64,000 bases of DNA from positions 4,480,001 to 4,544,000 of the forward strand of contig OY730476.1 in the NCBI GenBank assembly GCA_963422735.1. The letters are read 5' to 3'. This DNA comes from Candidatus Latescibacterota bacterium. Lineage in GTDB: Bacteria > Latescibacterota > UBA2968 > UBA8231. The notes beneath the pieces are model-generated. The model worked only from the letters and a program-made list of their open reading frames with translations, did no database searches and was not told the origin of the DNA. A program made the translations under genes and the position numbers. Below, piece by piece: positions 24,486 to 35,164 of the stretch (position 1 is the first letter of the stretch; each line of letters begins with the position of its first letter).

Positions 24486-25712
24486 ATGGTACATCTCAAC
24501 GATCACTACCTCAAGCTCAAAGCCGGGTACCTCTTTCCAGAAATCGCCCGCCGGGTCGATGCATTTGCCGCCGCTCACCCCCAAGCCGATGTGATCCGCT
24601 TGGGGATCGGCGACGTGGTCAAGGGCTTACCGCGGCCGATCGTCGATGCGATGAAAGAGGCCGTCGAGGAAATGGCCCACGACGACACCTTACAGGGCTA
24701 TCCGCCCGATCAAGGCCAGGAATTTTTGCGCGCAGTCATTGCCGAGCACGACTTTGGCGCGTGCGGTGTGCAGATTCACAGCGATGAGATTTTTGTCTCC
24801 GACGGATCCAAATGCGACTCGGGCAATGTGCAAGAAATTTTCGCCGACGATTGCGTAGTCGCGCTGACCGATCCGGTCTATCCAGTGTACTGCGATTCCA
24901 ATGTCATGGCCGGCCGCACCGGCCCAGCCGATGCGAGCGGTTCGTACGCCGGCTTGATCTACATGCCGTGTACGGCCGCCAATGCCTTCATCCCGCACCT
25001 GCCTGCAGGCCATGTCGATCTGATCTACTTGTGCTCGCCTAACAACCCTACGGGCGCGGTGATGACCCGCGACGCTTTGGCCCGCTGGATTGAATACGCC
25101 CGGCGGGAACAGGCCGTCATTCTATTTGACGCAGCCTACGAGAGCTACATCACCGATCCGTCAATCCCGCACTCCATCTACGAGGTCGAAGGCGGTCGGG
25201 AAGTGGCCATCGAGTTCCGCAGTTTTTCCAAGAACGCTGGCTTTACCGGCCTGCGCTGCGGGTACACTGTGGTGCCGAAGGATCTCAAGGGCCGCGCCGC
25301 CTCGGGCGAGGAAGTGGATTTGCATCGGCTGTGGGCACGGCGGCACTCGACCAAGTTCAACGGCGTGGCGTATCCGGTGCAGCGCGCCGCGGCGGCCGCG
25401 TACTCGTCGGCTGGCCAGCAAGGCATCGCCGAGCGCGTTGCGTTCTACATGGAAAATGCCGCGATCATGCGCCAGCAGTTGGGAGCGGCCGGGCTCACCG
25501 TGTACGGGGGCGAACACGCTCCCTATTTGTGGGTGGCCACGCCCGACGGGCAGGACAGTTGGACCTACTTCGACTACTTGCTCGACAAGGCCTACATCGT
25601 CGGTACGCCGGGTGCGGGTTTTGGCGCGGCTGGCGAGGGCTACTTGCGCCTGTCGGCCTTCAATCACCGCGACCGGATCGAAGAGGCCATGGAGCGGATT
25701 AGCCAGATCTAG
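24486..25712 (+). CDS. dapL: LL-diaminopimelate aminotransferase
   Basis: '[10 protein letters not shown]', 'IRLGIGDV', '[10 protein letters not shown]', 'DPVYPVY', '[14 protein letters not shown]', '[10 protein letters not shown]'. Confidence 0.95.
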   Translation: MVHLNDHYLKLKAGYLFPEIARRVDAFAAAHPQADVIRLGIGDVVKGLPRPIVDAMKEAVEEMAHDDTLQGYPPDQGQEFLRAVIAEHDFGACGVQIHSDEIFVSDGSKCDSGNVQEIFADDCVVALTDPVYPVYCDSNVMAGRTGPADASGSYAGLIYMPCTAANAFIPHLPAGHVDLIYLCSPNNPTGAVMTRDALARWIEYARREQAVILFDAAYESYITDPSIPHSIYEVEGGREVAIEFRSFSKNAGFTGLRCGYTVVPKDLKGRAASGEEVDLHRLWARRHSTKFNGVAYPVQRAAAAAYSSAGQQGIAERVAFYMENAAIMRQQLGAAGLTVYGGEHAPYLWVATPDGQDSWTYFDYLLDKAYIVGTPGAGFGAAGEGYLRLSAFNHRDRIEEAMERISQI

Positions 25713-25784
25713 GTCCGCGTCTCATCTTTCCTTATTGTCGCGGCTGGCTTGCGAAAATTCTGTTAAAAAATGGTTACATATATA

Positions 25785-25813
25785 TTGACGGATCGCCAGC
25801 GATTTATTAGATT
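25785..25813 (+). promoter_or_regulatory. sigma70-type promoter of the RHH-nadA operon
   Basis: TTGACG-N17-TAGATT. Confidence 0.65.
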
Positions 25814-25821
25814 ACGTAGGT

Positions 25822-25853
25822 ATTAATTAAATTTTATATAAAAAATAAATAAT
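25822..25853. promoter_or_regulatory. AT-only imperfect palindrome, candidate operator
   Basis: ATTAATTAAATTTTATATAAAAAATAAATAAT: 13 of 16 symmetric pairs around a perfect TTTTATATAAAA core, between the -10 box and the ATG. Confidence 0.5.
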
Positions 25854-25856
25854 CCC

Positions 25857-26066
25857 ATGCCAACCAAAGATCAGAGTCGCCGGGCCAAGGTGCGGACCTT
25901 TTCGGCGCCCGATAGGGATCACGAGATGCTCGACGCGATTGCCCGCTATCACGGCAGCAGCAAGAGTGCCATGATAGCCGGCCTCATTCGCAAGGAGTTT
26001 TGGCGCATTTTTCCCAACGGCACCGAGACCATCCTCCCCGACGAAGGAGCACAAGTCAAGCCATGA
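25857..26066 (+). CDS. Small ribbon-helix-helix (CopG-like) DNA-binding protein
   Basis: Strand 'VRTFSAP', helix 'DHEMLDAIARYHG', helix 'SKSAMIAGLIRKEF'; ATGA overlap with nadA. Confidence 0.7.
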   Translation: MPTKDQSRRAKVRTFSAPDRDHEMLDAIARYHGSSKSAMIAGLIRKEFWRIFPNGTETILPDEGAQVKP

Positions 26067-27049
26067 CCTACTCAGAGACGCTTGCCCCAGCCGCTGGGCA
26101 GTACCACAGCGACCTGCCAGCCGAGGAGATCATCGCCCAGATCGACCGCTTGCGCCGCGAGAAAAACGCGGTCATCCTCGCGCACAACTACCAGATCCCG
26201 CCGATCCAAGACTTGGCCGACTTCACGGGCGATTCGCTCGGGCTATCAGTAGAAGCTGCCAAGGCGGATGCCGAGCGCATCGTTTTTTGCGGCGTGCATT
26301 TCATGGCCGAGTCGGCCAAAATCCTCAGCCCCGACAAGCAGGTGTTCTTGCCCCATTTAGGCGCGGGCTGTTCGCTGGCCGACTCCATCACCCCCGAAAG
26401 CCTCGACGATTGGAAAGCGGACTATCCCGATCACGCGGTGGTGACGTATGTCAACTCCACAGCCGAGGTGAAGGCCGAGTCCGACATCTGCTGCACCTCG
26501 GCCAACGCCGTATCGGTGGTGCGCAGCCTCGATAGCGACAAGATCCTCTTTACGCCTGATCGCAACTTGGGTCGCTGGGTGGCCGAGCAGGTGCCGGAGA
26601 AAGAGGTCGTCGTGTACGACGGCGCTTGCCCAACGCACGATGTGCTGCGCGCCGCCAGCGTCGAGCTCACCCGCACTGAGTTTCCCGAGGCCGTTATCAT
26701 CGCGCATCCAGAATGCCGCGAGGACGTGGTCGAGATAGCACACGAAGTGTGCTCGACCACGGGGATGCTCAAGGCCGTGGAAAAGTACCCCGAGGCCAAG
26801 AGCTTCATCATCGCCACGGAAAACGGCATGTTGCACCAGCTTAGGCAGCGCTTCCCGCACCAAGAGTTCGTAGCGGCCGACGGCTGCATTGGCTGCCGGC
26901 TGCACTGTCCCTACATGAAGATCACCGACCTGCAAGACGTGTACTTTTCGCTGCTCTACGAGCGCTACGAAATCAAGCTAGACGACGAGGTGATTGCCGG
27001 GGCGCGGCGGGCGTTGGAGCGGATGATGGCCGTGCCACGGGACAATTGA
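26063..27049 (+). CDS. nadA: Quinolinate synthase A
   Basis: 'ILAHNYQ', 'GDSLGLS', 'FCGVHFMAESAKILSP', 'AGCSLA', 'YVNSTAEVKA', 'CCTSAN', 'AHPEC', 'CPYMK'; start at ATG 26063. Confidence 0.95.
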   Translation: MTYSETLAPAAGQYHSDLPAEEIIAQIDRLRREKNAVILAHNYQIPPIQDLADFTGDSLGLSVEAAKADAERIVFCGVHFMAESAKILSPDKQVFLPHLGAGCSLADSITPESLDDWKADYPDHAVVTYVNSTAEVKAESDICCTSANAVSVVRSLDSDKILFTPDRNLGRWVAEQVPEKEVVVYDGACPTHDVLRAASVELTRTEFPEAVIIAHPECREDVVEIAHEVCSTTGMLKAVEKYPEAKSFIIATENGMLHQLRQRFPHQEFVAADGCIGCRLHCPYMKITDLQDVYFSLLYERYEIKLDDEVIAGARRALERMMAVPRDN

Positions 27050-27061
27050 GCTTTTTTTGGC

Positions 27062-27840
27062 ATAAAGAAAAGAGCACCGAGGAACAGGACGCTCACTTGT
27101 GACGGCGACGAAATCGAGGCTCTTGCGCACGACTTGCTAGTGCTGACCGAGCCGGCGGCACTGGAGCAAATCGCCGATAGAATTATTCACGGGGATGCCT
27201 TCCGCGTCCTTTCCTTATTGCCTACCTGCTTCGCCGATCTCCTCATTCTCGACCCTCCCTACAATCTCACAAAAAATTACAACGGGCACTTATTTCAAGA
27301 AAAAGAGAAAGGCGCGTACGCCGCTTGGTTTGAGGAGTTGGTCTCGCTCCTCAAGCCGACCTTAAAGCCGGATGCAACCGTTTATGTCTGCGCCGACTGG
27401 AAGACGTCACTGCTGGTTGCCCCCGTTCTCGAAAAGCACTTCTGCGTTCACAATCGGATTATTTGGGAGCGAGAAAAAGGGCGCGGCGCGAAATCGAACT
27501 GGAAAAACGACAGCGAAGACATTTGGTTCTGCACTGTGGGATCGACCTATTACTTTGATGTAGAGGCGGTAAAGCTGAAGCGGAAAGTCATTGCTCCATA
27601 TCGAGTCCGATTTTGGGAAGCGGCACCACGGCGGTGGTAGCGCACAAGCTCGGACGCTCGTTCTGCGAGATTGAATTGAAAGGGGAATACTGCTATTGGA
27701 GCCAAAAGCGATTGAAGCGGACCCTTGCCGATCCAGCGATTCAGGGATATGCCGATGGCGTGTTTTGGGAGCGAAATAGCCTGAACGATCAGCCGCAGCA
27801 ATCGGCCGCTTCTATTGAACAAGAAAAATTACTGTTGTGA
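27062..27840 (+). pseudogene. Beta-class N4/N6 DNA methyltransferase, disrupted
   Basis: 'LDPPYN' present; after 'KRKVIAPYR' the target-recognition region is missing and the frame shifts into 'LGSGTTAVVAHKLGR'; probable start codon reads ATA before 'KKRAPRNRTL'. Confidence 0.8.
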
Positions 27841-28385
27841 AATCTATTTCTTACTACGATGGCAGTTACTCGAAAATTGCCAATAAGATAAAGGACTGTA
27901 TTAACAGTGCCCCAGAGTTTCTTTCGCCGGCGACAGCCGACAGCACAAGAGCTGTGGGTGATGCGTTAGAGGTGCTTATTGCCGATAAATTCGGTGATTT
28001 CTTAGGAAGGTGGTGTGCAGAATACTCGAGTGATTTTGCGCGTAGAGCTATGGCTGATTTGGCCTTTACAGACAAGGAGGGCTTCTATTCAGTCGTCGAT
28101 GTAAAAACTCATCGGAAGGACACCAAATTTAACATGCCCAATGTTACATCGGTCGAACGGCTGGCGCGGTTCTACGAATCTGATCAGAATATCTTTGCTC
28201 TGATAATGATTAAATATGCAGTTGAAGGCACGAAAGTTACTGTTACTGAATTTCTCGATTGGAATTGTCTGACGGTTGATGCCTTGGGATGGGACAGATT
28301 CAAATGAGCAACTCCAATGTCATAAACCTTCGAGACGGATATTCCAGAAAGTCGTGGATGCTCGAACTATGCGAAACGATGCGCT
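27837..28385 (+). pseudogene. PD-(D/E)XK restriction-endonuclease-like gene, frameshifted and truncated
   Basis: 'MADLAF...VVDVKTH...FNMPNVTSVERLARFY'; frameshift at 'ALGW/GQIQ', continuing 'MSNSN...YSRKSWMLELCE' into the convergent MTase; adjacent to an MTase. Confidence 0.65.
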
Positions 28386-29332
28386 TTTTCGAAGAGCATC
28401 TGCTGGATCGATTGGACGTCTTTCGCATCTCCCGTTCCGCATTCTGAATTCAACCTCTGTAGTGCGGCTTGATGAAATTCGGGCGCGATCTCAAAGCCTA
28501 TGAAGTGCCTATTGAGTCGCCGCGTGGCAACAGCCGTAGTGCCGCTACCCATGAACGGATCCAATACTACTTGGCCCTCTTGCGTTGTGAGCTTGATCAA
28601 GAACTCGATGAGCTTCAGCGGCTTCTGGGCCTCGTGAATTTTTTGTTCGCCCTTTTGGAAACCAAACGCCAAGAGATTTGTTGGGGTCGCGCCATGGCTC
28701 TGACACGCTTCTATGTTCATGGCTCCTACGCCTTGCTCAAGGATGTTGTCGGCAATAGTTCCGCCGATCTTATAGGGTTTTACGAACCAAGCAATCGGCT
28801 CATATAACGGTGCGAGGTTCCCCAAACGCCAGCCGCGCCACGCTTTGGCTTCTGCTTCTAACCCACGCCTCGCAAAGACAATGCTCACCCTTTGCGCTCG
28901 ATGATGCGCCGACTCTTTCTGCCAAGCGAGCATGTCCTTGAGAAGGAAACCGCTGTCTTCAAAAGCGTTGACGGCGCGGTGGATGGTGCGGCGGGCGCCG
29001 AAAACGAAGAGCGATGCGCCGCACTTCATTTTTGGCAAAAGCCGCTCAATCCAGCTTTGACACCACTGCTGATACTCTCGTCCAATATTCCTATCGGCCT
29101 GCGACCAGCCATTGATGGGCTTGCCTCGCCTCTTAAAGGCCGACTTCCCAGCCTGCGCGGGCGACTGCCCCAACAGCGCCGAGTTCGTATTGTCGTGTAA
29201 GACATCCCAGTCATCTAGGCTGATTCCATAGGGAATGTCCGACAAGAAAAGTTCAATGCTGTTGTCGGCCAAGCGCGAAATGTGATCCCGGCAGTCGCCG
29301 CGTATGATTTTGTCCAAGTACTCCTCGTTCAT
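28367..29332 (-). CDS. M.HindIII-like adenine DNA methyltransferase (intact)
   Basis: 'SDIPYGI..DDWDVLHDNTNSAL', 'FKRRGKPINGWS', 'HRAQR', 'EPIAWFVKPYKIG', 'HEAQKPL', 'LDPFMGSGTT', as recalled for M.HindIII. Confidence 0.88.
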   Translation of the reverse strand: MNEEYLDKIIRGDCRDHISRLADNSIELFLSDIPYGISLDDWDVLHDNTNSALLGQSPAQAGKSAFKRRGKPINGWSQADRNIGREYQQWCQSWIERLLPKMKCGASLFVFGARRTIHRAVNAFEDSGFLLKDMLAWQKESAHHRAQRVSIVFARRGLEAEAKAWRGWRLGNLAPLYEPIAWFVKPYKIGGTIADNILEQGVGAMNIEACQSHGATPTNLLAFGFQKGEQKIHEAQKPLKLIEFLIKLTTQEGQVVLDPFMGSGTTAVATRRLNRHFIGFEIAPEFHQAALQRLNSECGTGDAKDVQSIQQMLFEKAHRFA

Positions 29333-30241
29333 GCCGCCTCCAAGTCAAGGGTGCCGTTTTTGGCAACGGATTGAACCTTTTGAACCTTGTTGTCGAGTGT
29401 CCTCCACTTTAGCACCTCCTTCTATCGCGTCAGCGCGCGATAATCTCATAATTCGCTCTCGCTCCGCAGCGAGAAAAGTAAGTGCTTCTTCTTTCGAGAT
29501 AAGTATGGCCTCGTTTGATGCGAGTTTCTCATCCCGCCATATTGCACTGATTACTCCGTCAAAATCCAAAAATATGCGGTTTACTGTCTGCCAGTAGCTA
29601 GCTGCATTCGTTGACTAATTCATCGCTTCGACCGTTCTAAACATCTCGTGAACCAACTCCAATACCTTGTTCTGTGTTGATTCTTGGGCATAACGAACAA
29701 GCACGGCTAGATGTGCATAAGTCGCAATACAAACAGATCTATCAGCGGCCTGTTTATATATCTGACTTGCTCGAGAGGGCAATTGATATACCGGACAAAC
29801 AAGCATCGCATAGGGCTTCCCATGCTTCCAGTTATCCATTGCTTGTACCTTGAAATCTTTCTGATTCTTCGCTGTGCAGCTCAGTCTAAATACTTTTGCA
29901 TCAGCGACAAAACTGTAGTCGTCAGTGACGCACTCAACATCAGCTACATTCGCTCGCTCCTTGAGAACCTGGCTCGTAAACCCCATTGCACTATATGCTG
30001 TATGAATCACAACATCAGTGTACTTAGAGTACAGTTTCTCTTAGCTAGTATCGTGCCCATAGTGCTCCGGGATTGCACCACATAAACGCAGATGTCCAAG
30101 CAGGGAGTCAATACCTTGTGCTTGGACTTCCTGCGCTAGCTCTTGCTCAATCCTTGCGGCATCAACGCCAAAATCGCCACTTAGACGACTCATCTCGTCG
30201 ATCCAGTACTTTCGGTTCTCCACTTGTTCTTTGGTAATCAC
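29329..30241 (-). pseudogene. HindIII-family type II restriction endonuclease, inactivated
   Basis: 'IPEHYGHDTS*EKLYSKYTD', 'VADAKVFRLSCTAKNQKDFKV'; in-frame TAA (30041-43) and TAG (29615-17); 3' frameshift whose restored frame ends in an ATGA overlap with the MTase. Confidence 0.88.
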
Positions 30242-30312
30242 CGCAACTCCATTGTGTGTCCGTTGCTCGTCTTGCGTCTTGTGGATTTACGTCCCTCTCC
30301 TGCTACCAGCCG

Positions 30313-31626
30313 CTACAAATAGCTATTGACGATATTTTCTAGCATTTCCTCGCGGCCGCTGCGCTTTTCCGGCTCGCCGTGCTGATGGACGTATGCTGCT
30401 AGCTCGGCGAAGTTGGTCTCGCCGCGCATGATCTTTTCGCCGATGCCGCTGCGGTACGAGGCGTAGCGCGCTTCCACAAAGGCGTCGAGTGCGCCGTCGT
30501 CGATGATGCGCTGGGCCAGCGTCAGCCCGCGGGCAAACGAGTCCATGCCGCCGATGTGGGCGTGGAAGAGATCCTCCAAGTCGCAGGATCCGCGCCGCAC
30601 CTTGGCGTCGAAGTTGATGCCGCCGGGCGCGATGCCGCCTTGTTTGAGAATCACCAACATGGCGTGAGTGGTGGAGTAGAGGTCGGTGGGAAATTGGTCG
30701 GTGTCCCAGCCGAGCAGGTAATCGCCGCGGTTGGCGTCAATGCTGCCCAGTTTGCTCTCGGCTGAGGCGAGCTGAAGGTCGTGTTCAAAGGTGTGGCCGG
30801 CTAGGGTGGCGTGATTGGCTTCGATGTTGAGTTTGAACTCGTCCAACAGGTCGTATTTGCGGAGGAAGCTCAAGACCGTGGCCGCGTCGTAGTCGTACTG
30901 ATGCTTAGTCGGCTCTTTGGGCTTGGGCTCCACGAGCAAGGTGCCGGTAAAGCCGATCGCCTTTTTGTGTTCGACGGCCATCTGCAAGAAGCGTGCGAGT
31001 TGGTCCTGCTCGTGGGCCATGTTGGTGTTGAGCAGGCTGGAGTACCCCTCGCGCCCACCCCAAAACACGTAGTTGGCTCCTCCGAGCCGATGCGTGCATT
31101 CCATGGCCTTCTCGATCTGCGCTGCGGCCCAGGCGAAGACGTGGGCGTCGGGGTTGGTGGCGGCCCCGTGGGTAAAGCGCGCGTGCGAGAAACAGTTGGA
31201 CGTGCCCCAGAGCAAGCGGACGCCTGTGTCGGCTTGCAATTGCTCGGCCAGCCCCACGATGTGGTCGAGGCGGTCGTTGCTCTCTTTGAGGGTCTCGCCT
31301 TCGGGCGCGATGTCGCGGTCGTGCCAGCAGTAGAAAGGCGCGCCGAGTTTGGTGATGAACTCAAAGGCCGCGTGCAAAGTGTCCTCGGCGCGCTGCATGG
31401 AGTCGGTGGCGCGGTCCCAAGGCCGGTCGTACACCGGAGTTGGGCCAAAGGGATCAATGCCCCCGCCCTTAAAGCTGTGCCAAAAGGCCACGGAGAAGCG
31501 CAAGTGCTCGGCCATAGTCTTGTCGCCGACCATCGCCTCGGCGTCGTAGTGCTTGAAGGCTAGAGGATTTTTCGAGTCTAGGCCTTCGTACGCAATTTTT
31601 TCGATGCCCTTAAAAAATTCGCTCAT
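30313..31626 (-). CDS. xylA: Xylose isomerase (class II)
   Basis: 'NPLAFKHYD', '[12 protein letters not shown]', 'HDRDIAPEG', 'WGGREGY', 'EPKPKEP', '[12 protein letters not shown]', 'GWDTDQF'; start MSEFF. Confidence 0.95.
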   Translation of the reverse strand: MSEFFKGIEKIAYEGLDSKNPLAFKHYDAEAMVGDKTMAEHLRFSVAFWHSFKGGGIDPFGPTPVYDRPWDRATDSMQRAEDTLHAAFEFITKLGAPFYCWHDRDIAPEGETLKESNDRLDHIVGLAEQLQADTGVRLLWGTSNCFSHARFTHGAATNPDAHVFAWAAAQIEKAMECTHRLGGANYVFWGGREGYSSLLNTNMAHEQDQLARFLQMAVEHKKAIGFTGTLLVEPKPKEPTKHQYDYDAATVLSFLRKYDLLDEFKLNIEANHATLAGHTFEHDLQLASAESKLGSIDANRGDYLLGWDTDQFPTDLYSTTHAMLVILKQGGIAPGGINFDAKVRRGSCDLEDLFHAHIGGMDSFARGLTLAQRIIDDGALDAFVEARYASYRSGIGEKIMRGETNFAELAAYVHQHGEPEKRSGREEMLENIVNSYL

Positions 31627-31655
31627 GGTTTGCCCTTTCTGAGTTATGCGGTGGG

Positions 31656-32306
31656 TTATAGGAAATTCAACAGGTCCAGTGGCTCGGCGAGCAAGGCGAG
31701 GGCACCGCTTTGACGCAGTTCGTCTGCAGAGCGAAAGCCCCACGTGGCCCCCAAGGCGTACATGCCAGCCCGCGCGGCAGTCTGCATATCCGTGTCTGTG
31801 TCGCCCAAGTAGAGGCAGTTCTCCGGGCTGAAGCCGAGGGTGGCGGCGATGTGCAGGGCCGCGGCTGGGTCGGGCTTGCGCGGGACATCGGGCTGGGCTC
31901 CGCAGACCGGGTAAAAGGACCAGTGCGGCAGCAGCGCATCCACGGCGAGGCGCGTAAAGGCTTGGGGCTTATTGGAGAGGATGGCCATGGGTATGCCGTG
32001 TGCGCTCAGCGCGTTGAGTAGCTTGGGTACGCCCGCGTAGGGTTGGGTTTTGGCCCGCCAGCGCTGGCTGTACTCGGCTTCCATCTCGGCCTTGGTGCGC
32101 GCGACGGAAGCGTCGTCGCGGGCCGTAGCTGGCAGGGCACAGCGCACCAAGTTTGCAATGCCGTTGCCGACGAAGTAGCGGTACGCGTCAGTGGGATGCG
32201 GGGGGTGTCCGGCTGCAGTGAGCGCGGCGTTGGTAGAATCCGCCAAGTCAGCGAGCGTGTCGAGCAGGGTACCGTCGAGGTCGAAAATTGCGGCCGCAAA
32301 GCGCAT
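31656..32306 (-). CDS. HAD-superfamily hydrolase (phosphoglycolate phosphatase-like)
   Basis: '[11 protein letters not shown]', 'LSNK', 'RKPDP', 'YLGDTDTDM'. Confidence 0.9.
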   Translation of the reverse strand: MRFAAAIFDLDGTLLDTLADLADSTNAALTAAGHPPHPTDAYRYFVGNGIANLVRCALPATARDDASVARTKAEMEAEYSQRWRAKTQPYAGVPKLLNALSAHGIPMAILSNKPQAFTRLAVDALLPHWSFYPVCGAQPDVPRKPDPAAALHIAATLGFSPENCLYLGDTDTDMQTAARAGMYALGATWGFRSADELRQSGALALLAEPLDLLNFL

Positions 32307-32314
32307 GGACGGCT

Positions 32315-33088
32315 TTACTCTGGGGTGACATAAGCGGCGGTGATGCCGCCATCAACGACGAAGGTCGCGCCGGTGATGAAGGAAGCGTCGTCCGAGGCCA
32401 AGAAGATGACCGTGCGGGCGATCTCCTCAGCCTCGCCGAAGCGGCCCATGGGGATGTGGACCAAGCGGCGCTGTCGCTTTTCTTTGCTATCGAGATATTT
32501 CATCAGCAGTTCGGTTCGCAGAGGGCCGGGGCAGAGTGCGTTGACGCGGATGTTTTCGCATGCGTGGACAACGGCTAGCTCGCGCGTCAGCGCGAGGACG
32601 CCTCCCTTGCTGGCGGTGTAGGCCAATTGGGGCGTGGCCGCTCCGAGCAAGGCGACAAAAGAGGCGGTGTTGACGATCGCGCCGCCGCCGGCGCGGCGCA
32701 GGGCCGGAATGCCGTATTTGCAGCCCAAAAAGACGCCTTTGAGATTGACGGCCATGGTCAGGTCCCAGACCTCTTCTTCGGTGTCGATGGCGTCGGCGTC
32801 GGCGTGGTGTGAGATCCCGGCGTTGTTGAACAGCACGTCGAGGCGACCATAAGCGGCTTCGGCTTGCTGCACCATGCGCTCGCAGTCGGCGGTGTGGGAC
32901 ACGTCGGCCGCGATGGCGATGGCCTGTCCGTTGTCGGCCGCGATGGCGGCAGCCGTTTGCTCGGCCGTGGCCGCATTGATGTCAACGGCCGCAATGTGTG
33001 CGCCTTCACGGGCGCAGTGCAGCGCGGTTTGGTGGCCGATGCCCGAGCCGGCACCGGTGATGAGGACGACTTTGTCAGCGAGTCTCAT
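32315..33088 (-). CDS. SDR-family oxidoreductase
   Basis: 'TGAGSGIG', 'FNNAGI', 'YTASKGG', 'RVNALCPGP', 'VDGG'. Confidence 0.9.
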   Translation of the reverse strand: MRLADKVVLITGAGSGIGHQTALHCAREGAHIAAVDINAATAEQTAAAIAADNGQAIAIAADVSHTADCERMVQQAEAAYGRLDVLFNNAGISHHADADAIDTEEEVWDLTMAVNLKGVFLGCKYGIPALRRAGGGAIVNTASFVALLGAATPQLAYTASKGGVLALTRELAVVHACENIRVNALCPGPLRTELLMKYLDSKEKRQRRLVHIPMGRFGEAEEIARTVIFLASDDASFITGATFVVDGGITAAYVTPE

Positions 33089-34467
33089 GGCACGATGTCT
33101 CGCGCCGCCTCGCCTACGACTTCTGACAGCGCCGGATGCGCGTGGACGGTGCGGGCCAGATCCTCGGCACTCGCGCCGAACTCTAGGGCGAAGACGCCCT
33201 CGGCAATCAAATGCGAAGCCTGCGGCCCTAGGATGTGCATTCCCAAGAGCTGATCGGTGTGCGCATCAGCGACGATTTTGACTAGGCCGTCAATGTCGTC
33301 CATGCAGTGGGCGCGGGCATTGCCGCGAAATGGGTACTTGCCGACGGCGACCTCGCGCCCGGCCGCGGTGGCTGCTTCCTCGCTTGCACCCACGGAGGCC
33401 AGTTCTGGGTGAGTGTACACGACCGCGGGTATGGCCCCGTAATTGACCTGCCCGGCGCGTCCGGCCATCCGCTCTGCCACCGCGATCCCTTCGGCCTCGG
33501 CCTTGTGGGCCAACATCGCTCCGGGTATGAGGTCGCCGATGGCCCAGATGCCCTCGACATTGGTGCGCCACTGCGCGTCAACCAAGACCTGTCCTCGCTC
33601 GTTGATTGCCGCGCCCACGTCTCCCAGCCCCAACCCCGCGCTGCATGGTTTGCGCCCTACGGCCACCAATACCTGATCGCACGTCTCGACGCGCTGCTGA
33701 CCGCCGGCCGCTATGGTCAGCGTCACTTGGCCTTCTGCGATCGCGGCTGTTTGGGCCTTGGCCCCAAGCAGAAACGTTAGCCCCTGTCGCTTGAGTAGCC
33801 GCTCTAGCTGCCGGGCCATCTCTTGGTCCATCCCCGGTAAAATCTGATCCATGGCCTCTACTATGAGCACTTGGGCACCCAGCCTCGACCACACGGACCC
33901 CAGCTCCAGCCCAATGGCACCGCCGCCAATGACGACGAGCCGCTCCGGCACTTTTTTCAACGTTAGAGCCTCGGTCGAACTGATTACGTGCTCGCCGTCA
34001 AAGGGCAGGTTCGGCAGTTCCACAGGTACGCTCCCGGTGGCCAATAGGATGTGCTTGGCAGACAGTACCTGCTCGCCGCTAGCACCTTGCACCGACACGC
34101 TTTTCGGGGCGAGGACTTGGCCCGTACCGACGAAATGCGCCACCGCCCGGCCCTTAAACAGCCCCTCAATACCCTTGGTCATGGTCTGCACGATTTTCTC
34201 TTTCCGCGCCATCATGGCCCGCAGGTCCAAGCCTACTTCGCCCTGCCCGATTCCGTGGTGTCCCAACCCCTTCTTGGCTCTGTAGAACAAGGCACTTGAC
34301 TCCAGCAGGGCCTTGCTGGGGATGCAGCCGACATTGAGGCAGGTGCCGCCGAGGTAGCTTTTGTCAATGCAGGCCACCTTCATGCCGAGTTGCGCCGCCT
34401 TGCTCGCGGCCACGTAGCCGCCCGGCCCTGCGCCGATAACCACTAAGTCGAATGCAGTGTCGCGCAC
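33085..34467 (-). CDS. lpdA: Dihydrolipoyl dehydrogenase (E3)
   Basis: 'GAGPGGYVAA', 'GGTCLNVGCIPSKAL', 'MLAHKAEAEG', 'HAHPALSE'; downstream of sucAB. Confidence 0.95.
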   Translation of the reverse strand: MRDTAFDLVVIGAGPGGYVAASKAAQLGMKVACIDKSYLGGTCLNVGCIPSKALLESSALFYRAKKGLGHHGIGQGEVGLDLRAMMARKEKIVQTMTKGIEGLFKGRAVAHFVGTGQVLAPKSVSVQGASGEQVLSAKHILLATGSVPVELPNLPFDGEHVISSTEALTLKKVPERLVVIGGGAIGLELGSVWSRLGAQVLIVEAMDQILPGMDQEMARQLERLLKRQGLTFLLGAKAQTAAIAEGQVTLTIAAGGQQRVETCDQVLVAVGRKPCSAGLGLGDVGAAINERGQVLVDAQWRTNVEGIWAIGDLIPGAMLAHKAEAEGIAVAERMAGRAGQVNYGAIPAVVYTHPELASVGASEEAATAAGREVAVGKYPFRGNARAHCMDDIDGLVKIVADAHTDQLLGMHILGPQASHLIAEGVFALEFGASAEDLARTVHAHPALSEVVGEAARDIVP

Positions 34468-34480
34468 GGTTGTTCCTCTC

Positions 34481-35164
34481 TTAAAATATCCTTTCGATAT
34501 GCAATGACAGGTTCTTTAGCTTCGATAAACCATTAATTTCATCTGTCATCGCAACATAGCTTGATAGTGGGAGAAAAGTATTAGCGTAAGAAGAAAAATA
34601 TTGGTAATGAATTCCTCTTTCACAAACAAACTCTACCAAATTTATCCCATGTGTATTAAGGACATGAGAAAACTCATTGGCTGAATCTAAGTCTTGACTG
34701 CTTGGCTTACTACAATCATAGTAATATGGATCTGAATTTGGGTGATTATGAAAGATTAATACGGACGTATAATTTTCTTGCTCAGCAATATTGGCAAATA
34801 CAGGGAAACTACATATCTATCAAACCCTTTATTTAACCAAATCAAGTTGATTTTTTGTTCGTTTTCAAAAGCGACAATAATCCACTCGTGTTTTTTATAT
34901 TTTAGCAGTGCTGCTGCAACTGATGGAAAATCAAAAAGGCTTTCATTTATTTGATAAAATTTTCCATTTGGATTCATAAGCTTCTTATTCTTTATTTACA
35001 CTGAGCTCTCCTGTGGCGAATGAAAAGTATTCACAAACTTGTTTTTTTCTCTTTTTTCCTCCTAATTGTCTTACTTCGTCCTCATTTAATGGTCGAAGAC
35101 GTGTAAATACAAAGACAAGGCTAATAAGTCCCAAGATACCAACCAAAACTAAAATCAAATCCAT
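34481..35164 (-). pseudogene. AT-rich membrane-anchored JAB/MPN-domain gene, two frameshifts
   Basis: Three frames join to MDLILVLVGILGLISLVFVF (TM)...KKHEWIIVAF...VLIFHNHPNSDP...KPSSQDLDSA...HIERIF*; E..HxH..S..D JAMM/RadC-like motif; markedly low GC. Confidence 0.65.

Noticed and set aside
25713-25857. NAD+ riboswitch (nadA motif) upstream of nadA
   Set aside because: The predicted leader is only ~36 nt and almost all A/T, too short for the aptamer.
29329-30241. Stop-codon readthrough or recoding of the HindIII-like nuclease
   Set aside because: It has two different stops (TAA, TAG) plus a frameshift and a motif substitution, and TAG/TAA terminate intact genes normally.
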